Shown here piece by piece: positions 29,353 to 39,982 of a stretch of DNA of 49,854 nucleotides. The DNA lies in the NCBI GenBank assembly GCA_937876125.1, contig CALEHF010000390.1, forward strand, positions 1 to 49,854. The letters are read 5' to 3'. Position 1 is the first letter of the stretch. Each line of letters begins with the position of its first letter. The DNA comes from an uncultured bacterium (GTDB lineage: Bacteria; Planctomycetota; UBA8108; UBA1146). The notes beneath the pieces were generated by a model. That model did not search any database and was not told the DNA's origin. It saw only the letters and a program-made list of their open reading frames with translations. A program made the translations under genes and the position numbers.

Positions 29353-31038
29353 ATGTCACAGCTCTCACGTCTTGAGGCTGCCGCGTGCGCCTTCGCGTTC
29401 ATCTCTTCCCTGACCGTCGCCCCCGCGTTCTCAGGCGACGTTGTCGTTCCCGCCGAGATCGTTGACGCCATGGCGACGAGCCCCGATGGCCGTGCCTATG
29501 TCGTCGTGGTCCTCGCTCCCCCATCACAGGAGACCGTGCGGGCCCCCTCCGACCTGGGCGCTCTCTCCCGATTGCGGAGCGCCGTCGACCAGACCACCGC
29601 GCCGGTTCTCGATCGGATTCTCGGCGCCGACTTTTCACTCGGCTACCGCTACGCCCACGTCGCTGCGTTCACCGGCTGGGCCAACGCCGCGGCCCTCGAC
29701 GCCCTGACCGGTGACCCCATGGTTGTCGCCGTGGGCCCCGACCTGCGCTGCCAGGGCAGCCTCGCCTCGTCGGTCCCCTACTTGGGAGCAGACACGGTGC
29801 AATCGATGGGGATCACGGGGGCCGGCATCACGGTCGCGGTTCTCGACTCGGGAATCGACACGAACCACCCCGCACTCTCCGGCAACATCGCACCGGGCGC
29901 GTGGCACTTTCTCGATCTCGGTCAGAACACCGGGCCAGGCGCCGAGGACCAGCACGGACACGGCACGAACGTCGCCGGGGTGATCGCCTCCAATGGCGCG
30001 GGCTCGCTCGCGCCCGGGGTCGCGCCGGGCGCTCAGATCCTTCCGATTCGCGTCCTCGATGGGAACAACTCGGGTTGGATCGCCGACATCGCGGCAGGGG
30101 TCGATTACGTCGTTTCCGTGAGTGGCAACTACACGCACCTCGCGGCGATCAACATCAGCATCGGAACCAACGTGCTCTACTCGCAATGCCCCTGCGACAC
30201 GGCCAGCGCGACGAACATGCTGGTCGAGGGGGCGTGCGTGGCCGCGCGGCTCGCGGGGATGGCGATCTTCGCGAGCAGCGGTAACGAGGGCAGCTGCAAC
30301 TCGATGACGAGCCCCGCGTGCCTCTCTGCGGTTTCCGCGGTCGCCGCACTTTACGACTCGAATTTGGGGTCCGAGCCGAACTCGGGAACCTACTTCGATT
30401 CACTCGGAGGGACGTTTCCCGCGTGCTCCGACTCGAATGCAGTGGGCGGGCGTGTCACCTGCTTCTCGAACCAGAGCGGCTGCAACGACCTCGCGGCGCC
30501 GGGGCGGCTGATCACTTCGGTCGGCATAGGTGGCGGGACAAGCACCTTCACGGGAACCTCGCAAGCCTCCCCCCATTGCGCGGGGACAGCGGCACTCCTC
30601 TGCGACCGCGCGCTCTCCTTGGGGCTTCCCGCGCCGGGGCCCGACACCATCGTTTCGCTCCTCCGCTCGACCGGCCAAACGGTCATTGACGGTTGCACTG
30701 GGAACCCCAATCCGATCGGAATCGACGCGCTCGCTGCGGTCAATGCGATCGTGCCGCTGCCCAACTTCGTGCGCGGCGACTGCAACGACAGCGGATCTCG
30801 AAACCTCGCAGATGTCGTGTTCTTGCTCAACATGCTGTTCGGTTCTCCCACCCAAGTCGCCCACTGCCCCCAGGCGTGCGACGCGAGCGACGACGGCGAT
30901 CTCGACATTGCCGATGCAGTGGCGGAGCTCGTCTCGCTGTTCGGGAATCCCACGATCCCTCTCGCCGCTCCGAGTGCGTGCGGTCCCGATCTCACGAACG
31001 ATCCGCTCACGTGCGGAAGCTTCAACAGCTGCCCCTGA
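29353..31038 (+). CDS. Secreted S8 (subtilisin-like) serine peptidase with propeptide and C-terminal dockerin-like domain
   Basis: Catalytic triad in VAVLDSG, HGHGTNVAG and GTSQASPH; oxyanion ASSGN; signal peptide; C-terminal FVRGDCND...DASDDGDLDIAD...CGPD. Confidence 0.93.
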   Translation: MSQLSRLEAAACAFAFISSLTVAPAFSGDVVVPAEIVDAMATSPDGRAYVVVVLAPPSQETVRAPSDLGALSRLRSAVDQTTAPVLDRILGADFSLGYRYAHVAAFTGWANAAALDALTGDPMVVAVGPDLRCQGSLASSVPYLGADTVQSMGITGAGITVAVLDSGIDTNHPALSGNIAPGAWHFLDLGQNTGPGAEDQHGHGTNVAGVIASNGAGSLAPGVAPGAQILPIRVLDGNNSGWIADIAAGVDYVVSVSGNYTHLAAINISIGTNVLYSQCPCDTASATNMLVEGACVAARLAGMAIFASSGNEGSCNSMTSPACLSAVSAVAALYDSNLGSEPNSGTYFDSLGGTFPACSDSNAVGGRVTCFSNQSGCNDLAAPGRLITSVGIGGGTSTFTGTSQASPHCAGTAALLCDRALSLGLPAPGPDTIVSLLRSTGQTVIDGCTGNPNPIGIDALAAVNAIVPLPNFVRGDCNDSGSRNLADVVFLLNMLFGSPTQVAHCPQACDASDDGDLDIADAVAELVSLFGNPTIPLAAPSACGPDLTNDPLTCGSFNSCP

Positions 31039-31089
31039 GGCCGACTCCTCGACTCCTCTAGGAGCTTGAAGTGAGCGTACAAAGCACTG

Positions 31090-31122
31090 GGGGCGCGTCG
31101 ATCCATGGGATCGACGCGCCCC
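31090..31122. terminator. Perfect 15-bp hairpin between convergent S8 and ffh
   Basis: ggggcgcgtcgatcc-atg-ggatcgacgcgcccc. Confidence 0.7.
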
Positions 31123-31124
31123 GA

Positions 31125-31150
31125 GGAGGCTGTCGGAAAACTCATTCCGA
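31125..31150. repeat. Solo inverted copy of the MITE-like terminus
   Basis: 31130-31150 is the exact reverse complement of 29182-29202 (21 bp) and extends to 26 bp with one indel. Confidence 0.9.
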
Positions 31151-31154
31151 GCGG

Positions 31155-32753
31155 CTACTTCTTCCGCGAGTTCTTCTTCCTCTGACGCTCCGACTTTCGC
31201 TTCTTGCGAATGTCATCCTTCGGCGGGCGATGCTTGCCGGGCTTCTTCGACTCTTGCTGTTGTCCGGCGAGAGCGCCGAAGAGCCCCCCTGCCTGCTGCG
31301 GGTTCACGGGACGGTTCTGCCCGGGAAGCGCGGGGCCGCCTTCGGGTCCGGGGGGAGCCATGAGGGCGGGGCCGCCCCCCATCCCCTGCATGATTTCGTG
31401 AGCAGACTCGCCCTGCATTTGCTTCTTCATCGCGCGCATCCCTTTGAGCTTGCCCAGGGGACCACTGCCGAACTGGTTCATCTGCTGCATCACCATCTGC
31501 ATCTGCTTGAACTGCTTCAAGAGATCGGTGACTTCTTCGATCTTGCGACCGGAGCCGACTGCGATGCGCTTGCGGCGGCTGGTGTTCAGGATCTCGGGAC
31601 GACGGCGCTCTTGCTTCGTCATCGATTGGATCATGCACTCGATCGACATCAACTCATCGCCTTGGAGATCGAGCTCGTCCGTCCGTCCGCCCATGCCGGG
31701 CAGGTGACCGAGCAGATCTTTGATCCCACCGAGCTTCTTCAGGTGGCCGAGCTGCTTGAGGAAGTCGTCGAGATCGAATCGAGCCTCGAGGAGCTTCTGC
31801 TGCATCTCCTCCTGCTCGCCCACATCCATGACGTCCTGTGCCTTTTGGACCAGGCTCGTGACATCGCCCATGCCGAGGATCCGCCCCGCCATCCGACGCG
31901 GGTGGAAAGTTTCGAGCTTATCGAGCTTCTCACCGACCCCGATGAACTTGATCGGCTTGCCGGTGATCGACTTCACCGAGAGCGCGGCACCACCACGGGC
32001 ATCGCCGTCGAGCTTGGTCAAGATGACGCCAGTCAGTTCGAGCGCGTCATTGAAGTCGCGCGCCGAGGTCACGGCGTCCTGACCGGTCATCGCATCGCAA
32101 ACGAGGAAGATCTCGTCCGGCGCGGTCTTCTTGGCGATGAGTTTCAGCTCCGCCATCAACTCGTTGTCGATGTGCAAGCGGCCGGCGGTATCGAGGATGA
32201 CGGTGTCGCACCCCTTCCCCATCGCCTCCTTCACAGCCCTCGCGCACACCTCCGGAGGGGTGAGGCCAGCTTCGTGGAAGACGGGAATGTCGAGGTCGCG
32301 GCCGAGCACTTTCAGCTGCTCGATCGCCGCGGGGCGTTGGAGGTCGGCCGCAACGAGAATCGGCCGTCGATCCTTCTTGTCGCGCAGGTGCTTCGCCAGT
32401 TTGCCGCAGGTCGTGGTCTTACCGGAGCCCTGAAGGCCCGCCATCAGAATGATGGTGGGGCCCTTCTTCCGCCAAGTGATCTCGGGATCTTCCGGACCCA
32501 TCAGATCGGTCAGGGAATCTTCGACGATCTTGGTGAAGTGCTGACCGGCGTCGACTCCTTCGACGACTTCTGCGCCGAGCGCTTCTTCGCGCACGCGCTT
32601 GACGAAGTCTTTCACGATGGGAAGCGCGACGTCCGCTTCGAGGAGCGCGCGACGGATTTCGGTGACCGTCTCTTTGACGTTCGATTCGGTGATTTTCTTC
32701 CCGCGAAGCCCTCCGACGATATCGGAGAAGCGGCGAGTCAGATTATCGAGCAT
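31155..32753 (-). CDS. ffh: Signal recognition particle protein
   Basis: ALLEADV, GLQGSGKTTT, DTAGR, TKLDGDARGGAALS, RILGMGD, M domain; start corrected to ATG 32753. Confidence 0.98.
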   Translation of the reverse strand: MLDNLTRRFSDIVGGLRGKKITESNVKETVTEIRRALLEADVALPIVKDFVKRVREEALGAEVVEGVDAGQHFTKIVEDSLTDLMGPEDPEITWRKKGPTIILMAGLQGSGKTTTCGKLAKHLRDKKDRRPILVAADLQRPAAIEQLKVLGRDLDIPVFHEAGLTPPEVCARAVKEAMGKGCDTVILDTAGRLHIDNELMAELKLIAKKTAPDEIFLVCDAMTGQDAVTSARDFNDALELTGVILTKLDGDARGGAALSVKSITGKPIKFIGVGEKLDKLETFHPRRMAGRILGMGDVTSLVQKAQDVMDVGEQEEMQQKLLEARFDLDDFLKQLGHLKKLGGIKDLLGHLPGMGGRTDELDLQGDELMSIECMIQSMTKQERRRPEILNTSRRKRIAVGSGRKIEEVTDLLKQFKQMQMVMQQMNQFGSGPLGKLKGMRAMKKQMQGESAHEIMQGMGGGPALMAPPGPEGGPALPGQNRPVNPQQAGGLFGALAGQQQESKKPGKHRPPKDDIRKKRKSERQRKKNSRKK

Positions 32754-32950
32754 TCTCGGTCTCCTCGAGGCGGGGATCGGTCCCCGCGGGGTGCGGCTAG
32801 TATCCTTGGATGCGTCCCGCTCGATGCGCGCTTCGTCGATCGAGAGCGGACGGGGCACTGTGACGCATCATGCGCCATCACCCGCCAGAGGTCCACCAAT
32901 CGGCAGAAACCTGCAAGAGCGCGTCGTAATGAGACCCCGCGGGCCCCCAA

Positions 32951-34258
32951 TCACACCCCGGACTCGTCGTGGATCCGCTCGATCTTCGCCCCGAGGCGAT
33001 TGAGCTTCTTCTCCATGTTTACGTATCCCCGATCGAGGTGGTAGATCCGATGGATCCGCGTCGTCCCCTCGGCGATCAGCCCCGCCATCACCAAACTCGC
33101 GCTGGCGCGGAGATCGCTCGCCATCACGTCGGCCCCGGAGAGGCGATGGCCTCCGTCGATGATCGCAGTCGGGCCTTCCTTCCGGATCCGAGCGCCGAGA
33201 CGGTTCAGCTCGGCCACGTGCATGAAACGATCGGGATAGACCTTTTCGGTGATCAGGCCGATCCCTTGGGCTCGGGTGAGGACCGCCATCAATTGCGCCT
33301 GGAGATCGGTGGGGAAGCCGGGGAACGGCAACGTCGCGACATCGACCGGCTTCAGCCGTGGGACCCCGGTCACGATCACATAGTCTTCTCCGATCTCGTG
33401 CGGGACTCCCATCCGCTCGAGCACATCGAAGAGCGAGCGCAGCTCAGACGGATCGCAACCCTCGACCCGAATTTCGCCGCCGGCGAGCGCGCCGGTGAGG
33501 ATGTAGGTCCCTGCTTCGATGCGATCGGGAGGCATGGTGAAATCCGCACCTCGCAGGTTTGGCTGCCCCTCGATGCGCACCTGATGAGTTCCCGCGCCTT
33601 CAACCGGAACTCCGAGCGCCTGGAGGAACCGGGCGAGCCCGCGGATCTCCGGCTCGCACGCCGCGCCCTCGATGGTCGTGACTCCCTCGGCGCGTGAGGC
33701 GGCCATCATCACGTTTGCGGTCCCGAGGACCGTCGGCCCAAAGGGCCCACTCAAGTAGGTCGTCGCACCCACCAAGCGATCGGCGCGGGCTTCGATGTAG
33801 CCGTGCTCGATGCGAATGTCGGCCCCGAGCGCGCGAAGTCCCTTCAGGTGGAGATCGACCGGGCGGTCGCCGATGGCACACCCGCCGGGCAACGAGACCC
33901 GCGCGCGACCTTGGCGGGCGAGGAGCGGGCCGAGACAGCAGATCGAGGCGCGCATCCGACGCACCATGTCATAGGGCGCGGTCGCTTCGAGTTCTCCCGC
34001 AGCGGCGATCCGGATCGTCAGCCCATCGGCATCGACCTCACCCTGGGATTCTACTGACAACCCCAGCTCTGACAGGATCTTAAGGGTGGTGTGGATGTCG
34101 CTGAGAGGGGGCACGTTGCGGAGGGTGACCGGCTCTTCGGCGAGAATCGAAGCGAAGAGAATCGGTAAAGAACCATTCTTCGAACCCGAAATCTCGACGG
34201 TCCCGTTGAGCACCTTGCCGCCGTGGATCTCCAATTGTTGCACTTGAGTGTTCCCCAT
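32951..34258 (-). CDS. murA: UDP-N-acetylglucosamine 1-carboxyvinyltransferase
   Basis: SGSKN, RMRAS, LPGGCAIGDRP (active-site Cys present), PDRIEAGT, PGFPTDLQAQ, DLRASA, HLDRGY. Start is ATG 34258 or 34282; the 809-aa track ORF is over-extended. Confidence 0.97.
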   Translation of the reverse strand: MGNTQVQQLEIHGGKVLNGTVEISGSKNGSLPILFASILAEEPVTLRNVPPLSDIHTTLKILSELGLSVESQGEVDADGLTIRIAAAGELEATAPYDMVRRMRASICCLGPLLARQGRARVSLPGGCAIGDRPVDLHLKGLRALGADIRIEHGYIEARADRLVGATTYLSGPFGPTVLGTANVMMAASRAEGVTTIEGAACEPEIRGLARFLQALGVPVEGAGTHQVRIEGQPNLRGADFTMPPDRIEAGTYILTGALAGGEIRVEGCDPSELRSLFDVLERMGVPHEIGEDYVIVTGVPRLKPVDVATLPFPGFPTDLQAQLMAVLTRAQGIGLITEKVYPDRFMHVAELNRLGARIRKEGPTAIIDGGHRLSGADVMASDLRASASLVMAGLIAEGTTRIHRIYHLDRGYVNMEKKLNRLGAKIERIHDESGV

Positions 34259-34343
34259 TCTGCTGATCGTCGCGGCTGGCATCACCCGCTCTCGAGGTCT
34301 ACTCAGGCGCGGAGAGCAGCCCTTCGTGCGTAGGTATCCGGCG

Positions 34344-34371
34344 ATTCTAGGCGGCGCACTCTCGGGCGCAA
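34344..34371 (-). promoter_or_regulatory. Candidate sigma70 promoter for murA
   Basis: Minus strand TTGCGC-16 nt-TAGAAT. Confidence 0.4.
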
Positions 34372-34582
34372 GGCGAGGGAAAGATAAGGAGGTCGTTCTC
34401 CCGATCGTAGGTCTCAAGCTCGCCATCCCCATCGGTCGATATCGAAGTGAGTGCATCGCGCACTCTCCCCGGTTCACGACCGAGGGAACCTCATGGAGCC
34501 CGGGGACGGAGACGATGACGCGCACCAACCGATACCCCTTCGCTCCCAGCATCACACCCCCACGTGTGTCGAGGGGACTGCG

Positions 34583-36469
34583 ATGAGCTTTCGACTGCCA
34601 CTCGGCGTTCGGATCGGTCTCTGGACCGGGATCCCCCTCGCATTCGTCACGGGGCTCGCCGGATTCATGGAGTTCGATCGCACCAAGCACGAAGCGCGCG
34701 ACAACGCCGCCTCGGTCGGTGCGGACTTCCTCGAGGAGTTTGGGCGGCGGGTGGTCTACGACGTCATTCTCGAGGATGACGATCGCCTTGCCGCTGCGTT
34801 CGAAGACTTCCGCAACACTCTCCCCGAGCTCCGTCGTGGACGCATCACGGTCGATGGGCATACCGTCATCGACTGGGAGCCCGCATCGGTGCGGGGCCCA
34901 CTCATCGGGATCCCGCAGACTCTCTCTCACGAGCTTTCGAAGACCGGAGATCGGCACGGCAGGGTTGTGATCTCGATCGACGAGAGTCGGTTCGCGCCGA
35001 CTCTCGCGCGGCGAAGAGAGCAGATCCTCTTCCACACCATCATGACCCAAGTCGCCCTCGCCATCATCTGCGCGACGGTCGGCCACTCGCTGGCGCGCAG
35101 GATTCGGGTCCTCGCTGCACAGTCCCATCGAATCTCCGAGGGGAATTTCTCGACCAGCGCACCTGAAGGCAGCGATGAGCTCGGTCGGGTCGGTGAGGCG
35201 TTCAATCGGATGGCTCGAGAGATCGAACGACAACAATATCGGCTCGCTGAGAGCCGAGATACCGCGGTCGCTGCGGCGAGCCACGCGCAAAAAGCGACCG
35301 CCGCCAAGAGTGAGTTTCTTGCGAACATGAGCCACGAGATCCGCACGCCCCTGAATGCCGTGCTCGGCTTCGGAGAGCAACTGCTCGACCCCGAGATCTC
35401 GGTCGACGATCGTCGCGCCTCAGCCGATGCAATCATCCGAAACGGCAAACACTTGCTCAACTTGATCAACGACATCCTCGACTTCTCGAAGATCGAAGCG
35501 GGCCATATGGACGCCGAGAAGCAGCGGGTGAACGTCCCGAGTCTCGCCAGAGAGACGGTGTCTCTTCTCAAAGGACGCGCCGACGCGAAAGGGCTCACCC
35601 TCGACCTCGTGATGCCTCCACAACTTCCAGAGACGATCGAGACAGACCCCACCCGGTTGCGACAGATTCTGCTCAACTTGATCGGCAACGCGATCAAGTT
35701 CACGGAAAGGGGATCGGTGACGCTCGAGGTGGGTGACGTCATCCCCGAACAAGGAGGGGTCGACGGACAGTTGTCCTTCTCGGTGAAAGACTCAGGGATC
35801 GGTATCGAACCGGAAACGCTTTCGAAACTGTTCCAACCGTTTACGCAGGCGGACTCGACGATGACACGCCGGTTCGGGGGTACGGGCCTCGGCCTTTCGA
35901 TCAGTCGGAGGCTTTCGAACCTGCTCGGAGGCAAAATCTCAGTCGAGAGCAAGCCGGGCCAAGGGAGTACTTTCCGCAGTTCGATTTCGACCGGGTCCCT
36001 GATCGGGATCCCGTGGGTCAACACGTCTCGGAGCAACACGCCGCGTGTCGAGCCCGTCGCGACCCTTCCAAGTTTTGCCTCGGGTGCTCGAATCCTCGTC
36101 GCAGAAGATGGACCCGACAACCAAGAGCTCTTCCGCTTGATCCTCGAGAAGGCGGGAGCCGAGGTGACGATCGTCGAGAACGGTCGACTTGCAATCGATG
36201 CTGTCCATACCGCAGAGACGACAGGTGAGCCATTCGACCTCTTGGTGCTCGACATGCAGATGCCGGAGCTCGATGGCTACGCCGCCGCGACGCAGCTGAG
36301 AGCGATGGGATACGAACTGCCGATCATCGCCGTGACCGCACATGCGCTCGATTCCGATCGCAAGAAGTGCATTGCCGCAGGTTGCGACGACTACGAGTCC
36401 AAGCCCATCGTTCGCAAACGCTTCCTCGAGACGCTCGAGCGCAACTTCCACAAGACCGTCGCTGAGTAG
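34583..36469 (+). CDS. Membrane hybrid sensor histidine kinase (2TM-HAMP-HisKA-HATPase-REC)
   Basis: DELGRVGEAFNRM, EFLANMSHEIRTPLN, LRQILLNLIGNAIKFT, DSGIGI, GGTGLGL, VAED...LDMQMPELDG...SKP; start at ATG 34583. Confidence 0.95.
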   Translation: MSFRLPLGVRIGLWTGIPLAFVTGLAGFMEFDRTKHEARDNAASVGADFLEEFGRRVVYDVILEDDDRLAAAFEDFRNTLPELRRGRITVDGHTVIDWEPASVRGPLIGIPQTLSHELSKTGDRHGRVVISIDESRFAPTLARRREQILFHTIMTQVALAIICATVGHSLARRIRVLAAQSHRISEGNFSTSAPEGSDELGRVGEAFNRMAREIERQQYRLAESRDTAVAAASHAQKATAAKSEFLANMSHEIRTPLNAVLGFGEQLLDPEISVDDRRASADAIIRNGKHLLNLINDILDFSKIEAGHMDAEKQRVNVPSLARETVSLLKGRADAKGLTLDLVMPPQLPETIETDPTRLRQILLNLIGNAIKFTERGSVTLEVGDVIPEQGGVDGQLSFSVKDSGIGIEPETLSKLFQPFTQADSTMTRRFGGTGLGLSISRRLSNLLGGKISVESKPGQGSTFRSSISTGSLIGIPWVNTSRSNTPRVEPVATLPSFASGARILVAEDGPDNQELFRLILEKAGAEVTIVENGRLAIDAVHTAETTGEPFDLLVLDMQMPELDGYAAATQLRAMGYELPIIAVTAHALDSDRKKCIAAGCDDYESKPIVRKRFLETLERNFHKTVAE

Positions 36470-36478
36470 CCCGCACTC

Positions 36479-37366
36479 CTACGACGGCGTCCCTCCAGAA
36501 AACCCGTTCCACTGACACAAGAGTGCACGCTCGATTCCCGCAAGGTCTCTCCGCATCTCGACCGTGAACCCGCGGGCCTCTGCGCTCTCCCGGACCGTCG
36601 CCGCTCCGTCCTCGGGAAGCTCGAGAAGCAGAGATCCCCGCGGAAAAAGACGTCCGGGCGCCGCTTCGAGGAGGCGGCGGTAGAAACCGAGACCGTCACC
36701 GACTTCCTTGTCATAGAGCGCGAGGGCAGGCTCATGGGCTGCGACATTCGCCTCGAGCCGCGGATCGCCGGGGGTGATGTACGGTGGATTGCTCACGATG
36801 AGATCGTAGACGGGGTGATCGGCGAGCGGTGCGAGCAGATCCCCTTCGAGCAGGCGAACGCGGTCTTCGAGCTTATGTCGTGCGACGTTCCGCGCCGCGA
36901 CGGCGAGCGCCGCAGTGGAGAGATCGACCGCGTCGATCGTTGCAGCCGGGAGCATCGTCGCGAGCGCCACCGCGATGCAGCCGGAGCCTGTTCCAATATC
37001 GGCGATGCGGGGCTCTGGATCGTCGCGGAGAAGAGCGCTCCCCCATTCGACCAAGAGCTCGGTCTCGGGGCGAGGGACGAGAACGTCGGAGGTCACGAAG
37101 AGAGGCAAGCTCCAAAACTCCCACTCCCCGAGCAGATAAGCGAGCGGGACACCGCGTCCCCGCTCGGCAACCAACCCGTCGAGTCGGGCCAGATCCACGG
37201 CGCTCACCGACCTGCCACTCTGGGTTGCGACCTCTCCGGGTTCGATCGCGAGCACGTGCGCGAGAAGCCACTTGGCATCGAGATGAGGCGCATCGGCACC
37301 CGCCCTGATGAGACGCAAAACAACTGACTCGAACACTGGGCCCAAGGTCGACACGCTACTCCTCAT
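36479..37366 (-). CDS. prmC: Release factor glutamine methyltransferase
   Basis: GVPLAYLLG, VLVPRPETE, ADIGTGSGCIA, VSNPPY, DLAGIER; start is ATG 37366 or GTG 37354. Confidence 0.96.
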   Translation of the reverse strand: MRSSVSTLGPVFESVVLRLIRAGADAPHLDAKWLLAHVLAIEPGEVATQSGRSVSAVDLARLDGLVAERGRGVPLAYLLGEWEFWSLPLFVTSDVLVPRPETELLVEWGSALLRDDPEPRIADIGTGSGCIAVALATMLPAATIDAVDLSTAALAVAARNVARHKLEDRVRLLEGDLLAPLADHPVYDLIVSNPPYITPGDPRLEANVAAHEPALALYDKEVGDGLGFYRRLLEAAPGRLFPRGSLLLELPEDGAATVRESAEARGFTVEMRRDLAGIERALLCQWNGFSGGTPS

Positions 37367-37928
37367 CCCGGATGGCGAGTTCAAGCATGACCAGGAAGGG
37401 GATCACCCGCGCCGTCTCTTTGGACTTCTCGTAGAGGAGCGGCTGCAGGATCGAATCGTGATCTGGCTCGTCGCGATCCCAGGGAAAGCGCTTCTCGCGA
37501 TCGGCCCAATAGACCTGAAGTGCAGGAAAGTGATCGCCGCGATGGAACCAGCGCGCATAACCGAGGAACGGCCCGTACCAGCGAGGACGCACGTGGCGAA
37601 ACGAGAGCGAATACCCTTCGATCACATCGGCGAGCTCGGTCTCTTGATCGAATCGCTCACCTGCGATGACGCGTTGTCCGAGGTCGGAAAGAACCGTCGC
37701 GGAGAATCCCTCGGGCAGTCCGAAGATCGTCAGTTCAGGGTGATCGAAGCGATGGGAGAGCCCCACCGTGAACGCCCAACCCGCAAGATCGGATTCTTGA
37801 CCGATCGCGTGGGCACCGACCTGCACGATGTGAAAACCATGGGTCGCGACGTCGGAGATGAGCTTTTGATCACCGTCGTCGAGATCGCGGTCGGCGAGCG
37901 TTCGCACCATAAAGCCTCCTTCGCTCAC
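37356..37928 (-). CDS. DUF4262-like protein
   Basis: VATHGFHIVQV, WAFTVGL...FDHPEL.IFGL, ALQVYWADREKRFPWD, QPLL. Confidence 0.8.
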   Translation of the reverse strand: MSEGGFMVRTLADRDLDDGDQKLISDVATHGFHIVQVGAHAIGQESDLAGWAFTVGLSHRFDHPELTIFGLPEGFSATVLSDLGQRVIAGERFDQETELADVIEGYSLSFRHVRPRWYGPFLGYARWFHRGDHFPALQVYWADREKRFPWDRDEPDHDSILQPLLYEKSKETARVIPFLVMLELAIRDEE

Positions 37929-37967
37929 CTCAATCGTGCGGCAGTTCTTTAAGACGTGCGCTTCTGC

Positions 37968-39077
<1,110 letters not shown>

Positions 39078-39127
39078 CGAAAGCCTCCGAGCAGGGACTC
39101 AGCCAAAGTAATGAGAGCCGACAAGGC

Positions 39128-39175
39128 AAAAAAGAACACGGGCCGGATGGACCTCGAGTCCATCCGGCCCGTGTT
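39128..39175 (-). terminator. Intrinsic terminator after rpmE
   Basis: 18-bp perfect stem aacacgggccggatggac / gtccatccggcccgtgtt, followed on the minus strand by ctttttt. Confidence 0.85.
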
Positions 39176-39188
39176 TTCAAAGTGAGAG

Positions 39189-39758
39189 CTAGGCGTCGCT
39201 GGCGGGCTTGTTCTCAGCCTTGGGGGCATCAGCGGCCGGAGCAGCCGCCTTTGGGGCTTCTGCTTTTGGGGCTTCTGCTTTTGGGGCATCGCTCGCCGGC
39301 GCGTCGGCGGCAGGCGTCACAGCCGCTGCCGGGGCCGCAGCATCGGCCGCGGCCTTCGCCGCTTCTTCAGCCTTCTGAGCCGCTTCTTGCTCGGCGTACT
39401 TCGCCTTCTTGTCCTCGAGGATCTTGGCGCGGCGCTCGCCGGTTTTTTTCTTCTTGTCGACGAGCTTCTGACGCTTCTTCGCCTCTTGGTCGACGAGGGC
39501 GAGACGCTGCTCTTCGCGTTGCTTCTCGGCGTCGGTCAAGACGCTTCCGATCGAGTCTTCCTTCCACGCGAAGCGCTTCTGGAACTTCTCGACTCGGCCC
39601 GCGGCATCGACGAACTTCTGCTTGCCGGTGTAGAACGGGTGGCAGGCGGAGCAGATCTCAACCTTCAGCTCCGGCACGGTCGCCCGGGTCTCAAAGCTGT
39701 TCCCGCAACCACAGGTCACGGCGCATTCGATGTAATCTGGATGGATGTCAGCCTTCAT
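39189..39758 (-). CDS. rpmE: 50S ribosomal protein L31 (Zn-binding type) with long C-terminal extension
   Basis: [35 protein letters not shown]; about 120 extra K/E/A/P-rich residues including (APKAE)n at 39250-39287. Confidence 0.96.
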   Translation of the reverse strand: MKADIHPDYIECAVTCGCGNSFETRATVPELKVEICSACHPFYTGKQKFVDAAGRVEKFQKRFAWKEDSIGSVLTDAEKQREEQRLALVDQEAKKRQKLVDKKKKTGERRAKILEDKKAKYAEQEAAQKAEEAAKAAADAAAPAAAVTPAADAPASDAPKAEAPKAEAPKAAAPAADAPKAENKPASDA

Positions 39759-39891
39759 GGCGACGGTCTCCCTACTTTTAGTCTGTCATCTCCGCAGGAT
39801 CGCGGTCTCCGCCGAACTCGGCCCGAGGAGGGGTGTTTTCACCTCAGGAGGGGATCACCCGGGAGCGTCGGCAGGATGACACAAGGGGCGA

Positions 39892-39920
39892 ATCCTACAG
39901 ACCGCCCCTCTGGGGTGCAA
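39892..39920 (-). promoter_or_regulatory. Candidate sigma70 promoter for rpmE
   Basis: Minus strand TTGCAC-17 nt-TAGGAT. Confidence 0.55.
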
Positions 39921-39982
39921 GCGATCTGAAACGTGATCCGGACCGAACCCGTTCCCCGGAGTGACAAAACAGAAGGAGCGCA

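Noticed and set aside
32754-32950. SRP RNA (ffs) next to ffh
   Set aside because: No domain IV signature (CAGG...GNRA...AGCA) found on either strand.
31071-33044. Long antisense ORFs (657 aa here, also 5940-7358, 27871-29190, 37956-39185 and others)
   Set aside because: Shadow frames of well-supported genes in high-GC DNA, with no recognisable motifs.
34283-35380. 809-aa MurA fusion from the ORF track
   Set aside because: The extension is the antisense shadow of the histidine kinase and intergenic DNA; MurA homology starts at about 34258.
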